NCBI RefSeq assembly: GCF_009914755.1
Contig: NC_060932.1
From: the human T2T-CHM13v2.0 reference genome, Homo sapiens
Length of the DNA stretch: 64,000 nt
Reading direction: 5' to 3' (one strand)
Made by a program: the position numbers and the translations under genes. The first letter of the stretch is position 1; every line of letters starts with the position of its first letter. The notes beneath the pieces were generated by a model. It was given only the letters and a program-made list of their open reading frames with translations, ran no database searches and was not told the DNA's origin. Below are positions 40,701-54,800 of the stretch, one piece after another.

Positions 40701-41529
40701 AGGACAGATTGCACTCATTATGGCACTAATATGGTGAATGGAATAAATGTACTCTAAGTTATCTTTCTGGATAAGCAGAAATCTATTCCTTTCCTTTTCA
40801 TTCTGCATGGGATTTCTTCTCTGCTCAGATGTGAACAGAGATCCAAGGTGGGGAACCTGGGTCTTGGGCCATCACTTTCTGATGTAGCCTCTGCTGCAGC
40901 ACAAAGGGTCACATAGTGGTGTCTTCCATCACAGCAAGCCAGGAACAGACCTTGTTTGGGCAGCAACAGCAATGGTCCAGGGAGGGGCTCAGTCCAGGTG
41001 TAGGCCAGCATTCACTAGGCTGTGGACTTAGTGGCAGCAGCACCTCCCATCCAGCCAACAAATGCATTCCTGTACATAACTCTGTCATTGAATTTACCAC
41101 ATTATACATTAATTACTATTTCTGTTGATTCAACAGGAACTGCATAGTCCCTGACTGTCAGGAACAACAGAGCCCTGCCCCTCTCAGGGGCCAGAGAGAG
41201 GCATGGTCATAACTGCCCCAGGGTTGAGTCCTTTTCATGATGTATGCTAAATTCTGGTGCCTCCTGCTTGCTTTCTGTCCTCACAGCATCACAATGAGGA
41301 CAAAAGCCCAAGGGAGAAAGATTGGTGACTGTGGCAGTGAGAATCCATGGGTCAACTGTGAGGTAAATGTTCTTAAGATCCATTCTCGAGAGGCTTTAGA
41401 AAGCTACGTGGTCTCTGTATATGTAATTTCAAGATAGATGTGTTTGATTATTTTTATTTGTTTTCACCACAATGAGTGGAAAAGAACATTTTTATAGCAC
41501 TAATATGCTAAATCCTGTTAAAAAAACAC

Positions 41530-42400
41530 CCATTTATTTGTTCCTTCAGTAGATGTTATTGTGTGCCCGACATGTTTGTGTAATCCCCTGTACTTGAAGG
41601 TCAGTAATAGAGCTTAAATTATATGTATCTGGGGTCAGCTTTATGCGGCTTTTTATTTTATGCCAAGAAGTTTGGACTTTATTCTATAAGACTGTGGAGC
41701 AAAGAACACAACTGAATGCAACACAACTTTGTGTCATGTAGATGATTCTGGCAGCAGTGCTGAGGACGGGGTGAAGGGAGAAGTGTTGGGAGCCAAGATC
41801 AGGTAAGAGGCTGTAGTTTTCTTTCAGGGAGAAGAGACTAAAATCTAAACCGGACAATGATCCTGGGAAAAGAGAAGAGGGAATGGATTTGAGAGCTTTT
41901 CTGGAGGTCAACTTGAGAGGTTGAACAACAGATCAGATATGAACCCTGCAGGAAAGTGTTTTAGCTTGAGTGAGCAGAAGATTGACAGTGCATAAACTGA
42001 TTTTTGAAACAGGAATGGGGCGGGGCTGAGTGATGACAACAAGTACATATTAATTAGAAAATAGTTGTAGGCTTCTTAGTTGAATACAGGCAGTATAAAT
42101 GAGAGTGTCAGTTTAGGAATAAGATCAGGGTTAGAGATAAAAGAAAATGTGGGAAATTGCTGGTGTATAGTCAAAACTGTGAGAGAGAATTAAATCAATC
42201 AAGACCACCAAAACAAAAAGAGAGAACGCTGAGGACAGAGTCCTAGGGACACCAACATTTTAGAGGCAAAATAAAATGAGTCGGCAAAGGAGATTGAGAA
42301 AGTCTGATGAGTGGAGAATCGGTTGAGACAGATAGAGTGGACGTTCTAAGTGAAGAGAGTTCAATAAGGCAGGCCGGTATCAGAGTTGAGAAGGAAGGGA
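41530..42400 (-). mobile_element. L2 fragment
   Basis: 'agaagtttggactttattctata', 'gaggacagagtcctagggacaccaacatttt'. Confidence 0.65.
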
Positions 42401-44239
42401 CCCTTAGTATGTTGGTGTCTGTTTAGCTCAAAGAAGAACGATCTTATAAGTTAATTTATTTTAATTTATTGCATGCTTAGCTCAGACTCACAGGATTTCT
42501 TTCTTTTTCAAAAAAAAAATGTCTTTGTGTAACTTTTTTCATCAGAATGTTAGGTGGTCTAAAAGTTAATGTATTAGATATTTGAAATATTTTCCTTTGG
42601 TAATTCAAAATATTGCTTGGATGTAAGTTTTATGTCTGGTGTAGCTAACCACAAGCTGAGTGGGGCATCTCTTGCACTTGTATCTGACGTTTGACTTGGT
42701 ATCCTTGACCTAAGGCAATGTGAAAAAGTAATACCCTTTATTACAGTTTTACTAACACACAGAGAAAACTTCCGACACACACCCTGGATTGGAAAAGTGA
42801 GGAAGACATTATTAATCATCGCTGGGCAGTTCTCCTGCCATTCTTACTACCATTTGCAATTGTCTTAAGGCTCAGTAAATGGCAACTGGCAACAACTTCA
42901 TTCTGCATCCTTTTTCTGAGGAAAGACTGCAAAGTGGAAGAATGAAGGAAGTCTGAGGGGGTGGCATTTAAAATATGGTTGAAGCAGTTTGGGAAGTGTT
43001 CTTGCTGCTGTTTAGATATCTGATGGCCCAACGAAGTGGAAGCAAGCACGCCCACAAAAACACTCATCTCATGCAGACCCTCCCTGAATCTCATAAGGAC
43101 TGACAGCTTTGACACCATTACCTTCTCTTTCTTTCAATGGGGCCATGCACTGAAATGCCAGATTCGTGGACCATGCTAGAGCAGAGAGTTCACTATAATC
43201 AAAATAAAGGCCTGAACATTTAAAATATCACAAAGGTGCTAATTTTTCTCAGGGCATTGAGGACTGCTGGCTCCCCGTTTACCCAGGCACTCACTGGCAA
43301 TGGTCACTGATGAGCTTGAGATTGTAAAGCAGATTTTCTGACACACTAAATTCTGTTTCCAAAATGGCATGGGTTGTGCTAAGAAACTGAGAGTATTTTT
43401 GCTTTCTTTGTAATCAGCAGAAGCTCAGAATTATGAGGTTCACTCACTGGATAAAGGACTGCACTTTTCACGGATGGCAGTAGTTGGAACCTTAAATAAA
43501 TATTACCCACGGAGAGAAAGAGATAAGGGCAATATGGACAATGTCATTCTTGGGCTGATTTCTAAAATGAAAATTCACTCTTCTTTTTATTTTTAAAAGT
43601 TAAGACAGCATTGCATGTTATAATTCCAGCAGTGATCTTATCATGAAGAGACATGGTTGAATTTCCATGTTGTCTCAATAGCTGGTTTACTGCCTTAATG
43701 TTACTTTCTTTTAAAATTGTATTTTTTTCAAGTTTTGAATATCTGCACTGTAAAATATAATCACAAAATTGTTGAAAATTCAACAATTTATGGCTAGGTA
43801 GAAGGGAATGAGTTGAAAGCTACTAATAGTAGTGTAATTCAATCCCATTATCACCACACATCTTGCAAACATATCACTTTATCCTAATATGTGTCCATTG
43901 TCATTCTTTCTAACAGCTGCATTTAGACTAGTTTCATTGCCAGCTACAAATTACAAGTGCAAGTAGAGTTTGGGGTAGTATACCAGGAAAATGACAAAGA
44001 GTAAATCTGCTGAGGAGTCTGGATGTTATCAATAAATGTGAGAACTTTGAGTGAGTTTTGTAGCTTATTAGATTTCTAGAAAGGTAACTGGGCCACCAGG
44101 CAGATTTATTGGTCCATTTCATTGTTGGTAGTGTTTTACCTTAAAATCTAATTTTTAATTTAATGAATTAGACATTGCATCTTTAAACTGAAGTTTTATA
44201 AAGTTGGAGATCACTCTTGCTGAACAGAATTCAGTGCTG

Positions 44240-44665
44240 CAATAAATTTGGCTATAACCCAATCAAGTCTTAACTCAACCTCTTCCTATTCCAAAGACAC
44301 CACCTCCTTCCCTGATTTTGCTGGTTCACCCACAGAGAACATCTCAGTTTTCTGGAAACATCCCAGGCTCTGCTTTACCTCAGTGTCACCATACATAGTG
44401 TTCTATGTGTTTTGAAGGCATTCCTTCTTTCCTCTGCTAATTCTGGCCTATCCATCAAGGATCTCCATGACTTCTTAGCACCACTGTGCCTCTTTATTAT
44501 TACACTTGCCTCATCATTTTATGTAACTGTTCATTGCCCCATCCCTAATAGGCAGCAAGCTCTTTGACAGCTAAAATCCTTTCTTTTTCATCTTCATATC
44601 CCTATTGCCTAGCTGAATGGGTAGCCCATCCTCTCAATAAATATTTATTGAGAATGAATGAATAC
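44240..44665 (+). mobile_element. L2 3' end
   Basis: Ends in 'ctcaataaatatttattgagaatgaatgaat'. Confidence 0.7.
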
Positions 44666-45179
44666 ATGAGGAAATGATGAAGGTATATTGTTAGTTAACG
44701 TGAGTCCTGTTGCCCTTTTCAGTCCATAAAAGACTTGTGGTAAAAGTTATCAGCGTATAGGTCTCTTACTAGCCTAGAATTAGTAGAATATTATCAGTAG
44801 GAGATAACGACATCTGAATAGGCTGCTACTAATAGAAAAATAAACCATATTTTATTGTGAGCAAAACAAAATTTTTGCAAAGCTTGAGATGCTGAGGAAT
44901 AACTGTGTGTAGGGCTGTATTAATCAGAGGGGTAGTTAGCTTCCAGGACTACAAACTATTGGTTCAACTTTTGCTCTGCCACTTAGCACCTGTGTATCCT
45001 TAACCTCCCTGGTAATTATAGCTTCCACCTATTCATATTTTATATATTCTAGCAAAATGGCAGGCGTGCTAAGTGTTCAATGAATGCTAGCTATTATTAT
45101 TGCATTTATCATAGGACAATCATCTATTTGTTTAATTTGAAATTTTAAAATTAATCACACATTAGTCTAAGTATATATA

Positions 45180-45423
45180 GATCTTGGCTCACTGCAAGCC
45201 CTGCCTCCTGGGTTCATGCCATTCTCCTGCCTCAGCCTCCCAAGTAGCTGGGACTACAGGTGCCCGCCACCACACCTGGCTAATTTTTTTTTTTTTTGTA
45301 TTTTTAGTAGAGATGGGGTTTCACCATGTTAGCCAGGATGGTCTCGATCTCCTGACCTCGTGATCTGCCCGCCTCGGCCTCCCAAAGTGCTGGGATTAGA
45401 GGCGTGAGCCACCACGCCCAGCT
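45180..45423 (-). mobile_element. AluY lacking its 3' end and tail
   Basis: AluY diagnostics 'ctgcaagc', 'gccattctcc', 'ttagccaggatggtctcgatctcctgacctcgtg'. Starts abruptly at 'gatcttggctcac'. Confidence 0.93.
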
Positions 45424-46182
45424 GTCTAAGTCTTAAAGTGCAATCATAGCCATTAAATGAAAATATATATTCTCAATTTTTAAAAATTGTCTACAGCCTT
45501 ACATTATAGACATGTGCTAACCTCAGTTATCTGTTATATCTTATATAGGAACATGTCTCAGAATGAACGGAAACTCTAAGGGTCTCTGAAGGTCTTTGCA
45601 GTCTTAAACTTCTCTATGCCTTGTTTTTAATATCTGGGTAACCAAGATTTTTTAAAAATAAAATTCCACTATAGATAGGTTTTAAGGAGTAACATTTTTA
45701 AATGATGACAAAACAGCATATTTAAAAGAGTTGTGTTTGCATTTTATTTTAATTGTGTTCTTCATTCCTAACAAGTATCAATGAGGAAATCAATAACCAA
45801 GTACTTAATATACTGCGTTTAATATAACTCATAAGAGTTGTCTGAAACTAAACTTTCTTGACATGCAAACTTAAGTTCTAATATCATCCCTTTATCAATA
45901 TTATCCTGTGCATTTGGTGGATACGTGGAGCAGTGACCTTCACCAAGGTGTGCTGACAAGACTAGGTCACGACACCAAAGGTCTGGCTTCCAGTTCAACT
46001 TCACTGTTTTCTTATGTGTGATTCTAGATAAATTTAAGGTATCTGAGCTTCAGCTTTTTCTTTTATAAATAAGCCCTTATTCAATTTTCTTAGGGTTTTA
46101 ACTATCAGATGCTAAATAAATTAAAATATGGAAAGTACTACAGTAAAGGTAATTTATTTACATTAAAAGTAGTAATCATAAC

Positions 46183-46535
46183 TATGATAGTCTTTCTGGT
46201 GTGTCAACTTGGCACTGTACATTTCATCCATATTCAAATACTAATCTAGCAGTTTCTGTAGAGGTTTTCTGTAGATGCGATTAAAGTTCATAACCAGTTG
46301 ACTTTAATGTGGCCAAGCCTGATTCAATCAGTTGGAGGGCTGTACAAGTTTGGCTGAGACTTCCCTGAAAGAAGAAATTCCATTTGTGCCCATGCCCATG
46401 GGTCCTAACCTGCCCTTCTTGATGGCCTGCCTTACGAAGTTCAGACGGTTTAGCTGGCCCTGCAATTGTATAAACAAATCACATGCAATAAATCTCTTAA
46501 TATATATGTCCTGGTTCTGCTTTTTGGTTCATACA
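46183..46535 (+). mobile_element. MLT2 (ERVL) LTR, degraded
   Basis: 'tgtgtcaacttgg', 'caaatactaatctag', 'caatcagttggagggc', 'aataaatctctt...ctggttctgc'. Confidence 0.75.
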
Positions 46536-47739
46536 GTAGCAATTTACATGGCTACCTTCTTTGTGAAGAAGGAATGTTAGAAAATATAGACACTAATAAG
46601 AGATGAAGCAATCACATTATGGAACTCAAGGACTCTGGTTAATAGAAATCTTCCTCAGAAAGTCTGGTAGAGAGGAAAGCTATGGGAAATAGTAAGTCCT
46701 CATTCAGAAATGCAGGAATATATGTTTACTTACAAGAAAACAGAAATTCATGAATGTTTATGTGTGTCTCATAAAGTGTAAGATTGATTCATGGGTACCA
46801 AATGATGGCCCAGCCCATCACGATGCCATCCCAGTGCTGGCATCATGGAAAAGGCAGCATGTCCCTTCATACAGGAAAGAACAAGGGCTTTGAAATAAAA
46901 CAGACGTAGAATATTACTGGTTGCCTGAAGTTGGACAGGTTATTTAACCTTGCTGAAGCTCCATTACATTAACTTTAATGTAAGTATGAAATAATAATAG
47001 TTCTCCAAATTCATGTATAGTGCCAGCACCAAACAAACACTCGATAAGTAGTACCTAATGTTCCCTTGAAACATGGATTCTCCACACCAGGCCCTTGCTC
47101 ATTTTCTGATCATCTTAGTAAGAACCAATACTGATTGACAAGCATCTTCAGTAGTGGTAAATGTTTACTGTTTATGAGCATTCACATATTTCCTACCTAT
47201 TGTGTCATATGGAAGGAGAAATAGTAAATGCCCAGAAAAACTATCACATCAAACTTCCCAAGTTGTGTAGAAATATGTATTATAAATCTCAGTGTGCTTC
47301 TTCCTAAGAAGTGGACCTCTAATCACCTCCACTGACAATGTGTGGTTTTTCTCTACATCATTATTAGACACATCAAATTACAGATACACTACAAATAGAT
47401 CCTATAGGCCAGTGGTCAGATAGTGTTCTGGCCTTTATCTCCATGTTGTCTCCATTGTTATTTTGCCTAGATTACTTGTTGATTCCTACCTATTCATAAG
47501 TTAGATGTATTAGAAGTAACTGAGTGTCAGAGCTTCCCTTGCCCTCTCAAACTAGCCCCCACATGTGAATGGTCTTTTGAAAGACTTTGCTATCCTTTCC
47601 TTCTAGACTTTTCTCCTTTCATTATTTCTTAATAGAGGCAAACACAAATAGTGACCTCTGAGGGGTTAATGACAAAGCCAGAGATTAGCAATTCACTGTA
47701 GCCTGAATAAAATTTTAAAAGCGTTACAAATTATGTAAA

Positions 47740-48280
47740 TAGATGCGGAAAAGAAGGTGTCCTGCTGTGGGAGGGTGAAGATGATGGAAATAATTCCAGC
47801 TTGGACATTAAGTCTTAATTAAGTAGCTGTAGGAAATAAAAGTCTAGGTTAAAGAGAATTACTCAGTATTGTCAGCCTATCTATCCTTCATGAGTAAGCG
47901 AGAGTATTGAGAATGGGGAAAGGAGGACTGAGAATGGAACCCCGGGGAATATCAAGCTGTGAGAGGAAAAAGAGAAGCCCATAAAGACACCAAAAGAAGA
48001 GATGAAAAAATGTGACTGTTTTAAAGAGGGTGTGGTCAGTAATGTCCGTTGTTCCTGAGAGGATAAGTCAAGAAAAATGGGAACTAAAATTATCCATCAC
48101 ATTTATCAATTGAGGAATCACCAATAACCTTACTGAGAACAGTTTCCTTAGAGTTGTGAGTATAGAAGCTGGAATGCAATCCCTTGAGACAAAAATGACA
48201 GGTGAAGTGGGGACATAGCAAATTGTAGAAAACGTTTTCAAGAAATTTAGTTAAGAAGGAAAGAATGAAGAAAGAGCCGG
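47740..48280 (-). mobile_element. L2 fragment
   Basis: 'ggactgagaatggaaccccggggaatatcaa', 'accttactgagaacagtttc'. Confidence 0.6.
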
Positions 48281-48409
48281 GTCAGGGATTTTAGTAGAGC
48301 TTAGTGATCCACGATTGTGTTCAATGGGAAATATGGCACAGTTTCTTTTCTCCACAAGTGTAGAGTGCAGTATTTATTTACTAGGTATAATGTTGGAATT
48401 TGGGAACAC

Positions 48410-48510
48410 TTGGTCTTGGTAGTACACCTGAATTATCTGTGAAACTTTGTAAATATAGATGCCCAAGCCCCACCTCAATTCTACTGAACCAACATTTCTG
48501 GGGTGCAGTG
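48410..48510. mobile_element. MER5A-like fragment
   Basis: 'gatgcccaagccccacctcaattctactgaacca...tttctgggg'. Confidence 0.55.
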
Positions 48511-48852
48511 AGTCTTCTTTGGTCCTAATTTTCTTCTTATCTTACTGGATACTATATCTGTTGCCTATGTCCTACCTTATTGAATTGTTTTCTTCTTTAT
48601 GTCAGCACTGACATACTAAATGCAAGGTGGTACCCAACTCTGTCTGCAATTGCTAAAATAATGGTCTGAACACATATCTTTCAACTATTATTCTATTATA
48701 GTAGTTAATTCAAATGTTCTTACTTGTTACTTCGCAAATTGTGGAAATGTCAGCAATACAATTTTCTACCAATTTTGAAATTACGCTTTTTTTGCAGCTT
48801 CATGTGAATAACAGAAAAACACTATCAGCAGTTTAATTGATAGCAGTTTGTC

Positions 48853-51090
48853 TTTTTTAAACTTTCATTTTAAGTTCAGTAATGAGATTGCTCGGTCCAG
48901 TGGTAGTTCTGTTTTCAGCTCTTTGAAGAATTGTCACATTTCTTTCCACAATGGTTGAACCAATTTACACTCCCACCAACAGTATGTAAGTGTTCCCTTT
49001 TCTCTGCAATTTGTTTGAGTTCCTTATAGATGCTGAATCTTAGACCTTTGTCAGATGCGTAGTTTGTAAAAATCTTCTCCCATTCTGCAAGTTGTCTGTG
49101 ATGGTTTCTTAAGTATTTTTAACTTAATTAAACTTAAACTCTTAAGTTGAATTAGATCCCATTTGTTAATGCTTGCTTTTGTTGGGATTGCTTCTAGTGT
49201 CTTTGTCATGAAGTCTTTGCTAGTTCCTATGTCAGAATGGTATTGCCTAGGTTATCTTCCAGGGTTTTTATAGTTTTTGGTTTTACATTTAAGTCTTTTA
49301 TCTACCTTGAGGAAGGGGTTCAATTTCAATCTTCTGCACATGGCTAGCCAGTTATCCCAGAACCATTTATTGAATAGGGACTCCTTTCCTCATTGCTTGT
49401 TTTTGTCACCTTTGTCAAAAATCAGATGGTTCTAGGTGTTTGGCCTTATATTTGGGCTCTCTATTCTGCTCCACTTGTCTATGTGTCTGTTTTTATACCA
49501 GTACCATGTTGTTTTGGTTACTATAGCCCTGTAATATAATTTGAAGTCAATTAATGTGATGCCTCCAGCTTTGTTCTTTTTGGTTAGAATTGCCTTGGTT
49601 ATTCAGACTTTCTTTTGGTTCCATATGAATTTTTAAAATTTTTTTCTAGTTCTGTGAAGAATGTCATCAGTAATTTGATAGAATAGCATTGAATCTGTAA
49701 ATGGCTTTGAGCAGTATGGCCATTTTAGTGATATTGATTCTTCCTATCCATGAGCATGGAATGTTTTTTCATTTGTTTGTGTCATCTCCATCTCTGAGTT
49801 CTTTGATCAGTGTTTTGTAATTCTCAATGTTGAGATCTTTTGCCTCTGTTGTTAGCTGTACTCCTAGGTATTTTATTCTGTTTGTGGCAGTTGTGAATTG
49901 GATTGATTTCTGATTTGGCTCTTGGCTTGTCTGTTGGTGTATAGGAATGCTAGTGATTTTTGAACATTGATTTTGTATCCTGACACTTTGCTGAAGTTGT
50001 TTTTTAGATGAAGGAGCTTTTGGGTCGAGACTCTAGGGTTTTCTGAATAGAATCATATTGTCTGCCAACAGGATAATTTGACTTCCTCTTTTCCCATTTT
50101 CCTATGCCCTTTATTTCTTTCTCTTGCCTGATTGCTCTGGCCACGACTTCCAATACTATGTTGAATAGGAGTGATTAGAAAGGACATCTTTGTCTTGTGC
50201 TGGTTTTCAAGGGAAATGTTTCTAGCTTTTTCCAATTCATTATGATGCTTGCTGTGGGTTTGTCATAGATGGCTATTATTTTGTGGTATGTTCCTTCAAT
50301 AACTCGTTTATTGAGAATTTTTAACATGAAATGATGTTGAATTTTATGGAAAGCCTTTTCTGTATCTATTGAGATAATCATGTGGTTTTTGTCTTTAGTT
50401 CTGTTTACGTGATGAATCACATTTACTGATTTGCATATGTTGAACCAACCTTGCATCCCAGGGACAAAGCCTACTTGATCATGGTGGATTATCTTTTTGA
50501 TGTGCTGCTGGATTTGGTCTGCAAATATTTTGAGGATTTTTGCATCAATGTTCATCAAGAATATTGCCCTGAAGTTTTCTTTATTTGTTGTGTCTCTGCC
50601 AGGTTTTGGTTTCGGGATGATGCTGGCCTCACAGAATGAGTTGAGGAGGAGTCACTCTCCTCAATATTTTGGAATAGTTTCAGTAGGAATGCTACCAGCT
50701 TTTCCTTGTACATCTGGTAGAACTTGGCTGTGAGTTTCTCTGGGCCTGGGCTTTTTTTGATTGGTGTTTGTTACTGATTCAATTTTGGAGCTCATTCTTG
50801 GTTCAGGGAATCAATTTCGTTCTGGTTCAGTCTTAGGAGGGTGTTATGTGTCCAGGAATTTATCCACTTCTTCTTGGTTTTCTAGTTTGTAAGCCTAGAA
50901 GTGTTCATAGTAGTCTCTGATGGTTCTTTGTATTTTTATAGGGTCAGTGGTAATGTCCCCTTTGTGATTTCTAATTGTATTTATTTGGATCTTCTCTCTT
51001 TTCTTTTTATTAGTCTAGCTAGCACCCTATCAATCTTATTAGCTTTTTCAAAAAAATGACTCCTGGATTTGCTGATCTTTTGAATTTTTT
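48853..51090 (-). mobile_element. 5'-truncated L1 (older L1PA/L1PB-type) with internal deletions; ORF2 reverse-transcriptase remnant
   Basis: ORF 50175-50558 'MNIDAKIL...[20 protein letters not shown]...[12 protein letters not shown]' is L1 ORF2 RT, broken by frameshifts and stops. Confidence 0.95.
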
Positions 51091-51789
51091 TATGGTAGCA
51101 ATTTGGGAGGGAAAGAACAATGTCTGTTTTAAAGGTTACTTGGAAATCACTCCCTCCATTATCAGAGGCCCTTTATTGCATGGTTATTTCCTGTCTCTTA
51201 CTATCCATCTTCATATCTAGCTGCAGCAGCTGTAGTTCACACTCTTTGCTTGCCATACTGCAGTTTTGCTATAACTATGTCATGACCAATTTCATGTAGT
51301 TTATATGAATTCTGATAAAATAGTTTTTGAATTAAAAATTAAAAATAGATTTAAATGAGGAATTGAAAGTACTAGAATAAGAGTATTGATAAATAGTCAG
51401 AAAAAATGGTCAATATGCCAGTAAAAGGAAAGACAATCTATAGACAACAGCTAGAAATAAATTGATAAATGAGTGCAGAATATGAATAAAGTGTTTAAAA
51501 TGCCATCATGTTTGAGAATTACACAATTTTGCACACATCTCTTCAGTGCCAAATTGGCTTTTTATCAAGAAATTTTTTTTGGTTAAAGTGTTATGAAGAA
51601 TACAAAAGTAGACCTGCTGTCTGCTCTTGGGGAACAATGAGACAGAGAGTATATATATATATATATTATATAAATATAATATAAAATTTATGTTCTTATG
51701 GGAACAGAGGATTCAAAAATAAAGATGTTTAATAAATAAAACAGAATAAACCTAGAGTATAGATAGTTGATTGAAAAGCATAGATTTTT

Positions 51790-52050
51790 AAACTATCATT
51801 TACTGACTTATCTCAGTCTGTGCTAAGCCATTTATCCACATTACCTAATTTAATATTTCAACAACTTTCTGAACTGAGTCCTAACTTTTGGATAGGAGAA
51901 CTGATATTCACAGGGGTTAGGTAACTTTCCCAAAGTCAGATAGCTAACAAGTTAATTCATGAGTTGACCTCCAAGCTCTTTCTTTCCCACTGGAAAGCTC
52001 TTCAGTGATGGAGCCCCAGCTATGCTGACTCCAGGCCAGTGCTTATGCCA
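51790..52050 (-). mobile_element. MIR
   Basis: 'ctgtgctaagc...ggttaggtaactttcccaaagtcagatagct...tgctgactcc'. Confidence 0.7.
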
Positions 52051-52185
52051 CAGCACAGTCACACCACAATTTGTCCCCACTGAATTGGTCTAAGCAAGGA
52101 ATTTTGACTACAGTAAATGTGCACTGAGTTTTGGGGCACATTTTGTGTGTAGTTGTAATTTGTGGTTAGATACTTTTATTAAGAT

Positions 52186-52262
52186 CATCATGCCCTATTA
52201 ATTTAACATCTTTTAATGATGTGCATCATGGCCTATTAATTTAACAGTCTTTAATAATGTGC
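52186..52262. repeat. Tandem duplication, 38-bp unit x2
   Basis: 'catcatg(c/g)cctattaatttaaca...tttaat(g/a)atgtg' at 52186 and 52224. Confidence 0.9.
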
Positions 52263-54639
52263 TTACTGTTTATAATATCTAAGCATAAAAGGAAAGGCAG
52301 AAAATTGTAAATGCACACAAGAAGAAATAAGCTATCTTAAACTACATTATTAATGAGGTCCCTTTTATATTGCCTTCCAATCAGCATGAAAAACTGATGG
52401 AGCCAAGATTCTTACTGTGGCTTATGGGGAAAAGTTGCATGCTTTTATAACTCCCATGAGTTTCTGGTCTCCACCTTTAGTCTTATCTAAATGATGTTAA
52501 AAGTGCTGGGTATCCAGGCTCATCCAGTGTGTTCTTCCTGGATTATCAGAGACTGAGAGAGCACCTATGAAAGGAACAGTACCATAGGAAAAGCAATTCC
52601 ATGGATCTCCATCTTCCTTATTGATTCTGGTTAACACATAAAACTGCTTCAAGAAGTTCAATATGAAGTCATCCTAGTGTCATTTGTTCAAAGCCTAGGC
52701 TTATCATCCATTTATTTATTTATTCATGCATGCATTTATTCAACAGAGTTCATGATTGAGATAATATAAAGAGTAGATTTCAATGGTGTCAGGGAATATG
52801 GGAAAGGTTCTGAAAGGCTATGAAGACCCGCTTTCAAAAAAACGGAGCTAAAACGTGTTGTATAACATGATTAGCGTAGATTAGACTAACTTTAGCTCCT
52901 CTTTCTGGTAGCAGAGGTTTCATTTCTTCTGTATTGTTTGTGTGATTAGTTTCTTAGCAGGAATTTTTAATTTCCGTACGTGGCCTCCAATTTTCCTGCC
53001 TCCTTACTGGTGCAGTGATTCCCTAGTGTCTTAATAACTACAGCGGCTATGCTTTGCTTAATGAGTGTGAGCTTTAGAGAATAATGTCATTTATGAACTC
53101 TTAATGAGTGTTCACAATTAAGAAGGCACTGAAGTTCAAGTTCTTTTTTTTTAAAAAAGACATTTTCCTAATGATACAGCTGCTATTGAAAGAGTTGATA
53201 ATCTGGAAAAGACGTTGTTTCTTCTGTTTTACAGCTAAAGTTTTTCTCTTAGCTTGACAAATTTAAAAAGTATTTGATATATATTTTAATTGCTATTAGA
53301 AAAAAATCAAAATGCACAATTTAATGGTTTTTAGTTATAAAAATACAGAATTTAAGGGAAAGAGAATGGAAATTATAGAAAATGAAATAAACATAGGATG
53401 TCTGTCTCAGTTGTAGACTTGAAAATAGTAGTAGAAGATAGGATATATACTGTCTTATCAGTAGAAACAATGATATTTGAAGCAATGTCCTGTGGAACAT
53501 GATGTATGTGGACGGTGATTTCTAAGTATAACCTATTTTTTTTTTTTATCAAGCCCATAGCAGAAGTCTTAGAGGCGTTTATAGCATTGAAAACAGTTTA
53601 ATTTAGAATAAACTGTTTCTAAGTAAGAGGACAATGGCCTGCTTATTCCCTTCCTACCTACAAGTTTTTACTTGGTTCCAGGTGTATTTTCAATGGAGAC
53701 ACACCAGAGAATTTTATTCTATGTCAGAGGAGGCCAATTACAGTTAAGAAAAGACCCTAAGTGTCTAGGAGTGATCCAAAACATCCCTGATCCAAAGTAT
53801 GCTGAGTGCCAAATTTGAACCTGACACTGAAGCTCAGGAGTCCTGCACTGTGCAGTTGGTACCTTGACTCTGAGGCCCTTGAAGTCACTCTCTGGGTTCT
53901 AAGCCACAGGGAATTAAGTTTATAAATTTCTGCAGCCTGAGTTTCCAGCATTGCCAGGTTGGGTTTATAAGCTACAAAAATCTTAGGATTAACGTTAGTA
54001 AGCCTGATGGCACCTACCTCTGAAGTGATTGAGTGGTTAGGGGAAAGGTGGCTAACCTTCATGGATTCAAACCCTCTCTTGCTGCTTAGTTTCTTTCTTT
54101 CTTTTTTTACAAAGATGTCATATGTGCTCATGTGTTTACAAATGTACATTGATTATGTTTGTAGATCACCATCACATCACAGGTGAGGAAGACGGTAATC
54201 GTCAAACCTTTGGGTTGGATGAACTGAAAATAATATTTAGCCCAGATTGGTATATAATGTATCGTAAAATGAGATCCCTGGTTGTTTTGTCAAACAAAGT
54301 GGCATGAAGATAGTGGACTGTGACACTTGTTGAGCAGGGAAGAATTGGTCTGAAGAATGCTTTATTGTTTATAATACTTAGTTTCTGGTTTATTTTATTC
54401 AATGCAATTGCTCTTCTCCTCAGACCCCCTATTGAAATTTAAGGTTTTAAATTTGATTATTAAGACTACCTCTTAGCCACTTTCTCTTCATCTCATTCCC
54501 TACCTTTCAGCTCCACCCTCTCTGACACATTCAGCACCATATTGCTTCACCTTAGTTGTATTACCCTGTATAACTGCCTCCTCAGTTCTCACACTCTACC
54601 ACCAAATGCACGCATGTTTTCGGCCTCTGCTTGGATGAT

Positions 54640-54800
54640 AACTACTATAATCTCATTGGCTAAAGCAAATTGCTTTGCCAAGTTCAAAGTCAATGAATGG
54701 TAAGGAACATTCTGCCTTTTTAGGGAAGACCTGAAAAGTTGCATGGCAGAGGTACTGAATACATGCTGAATACAGATTTGGGACCAAGAATCCAATCAAC
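54640..54800 (-). mobile_element. Old MLT1-type LTR fragment amid L2-like sequence
   Basis: 'cattggctaaagcaaattgc...gccaagttcaaagtcaa...aaagttgcatggcagagg'. Confidence 0.5.

Noticed and set aside
50175-50558. 127-aa reverse-transcriptase-like ORF
   Set aside because: A fragment of dead L1 ORF2, not a retron, DGR or other novel RT system.
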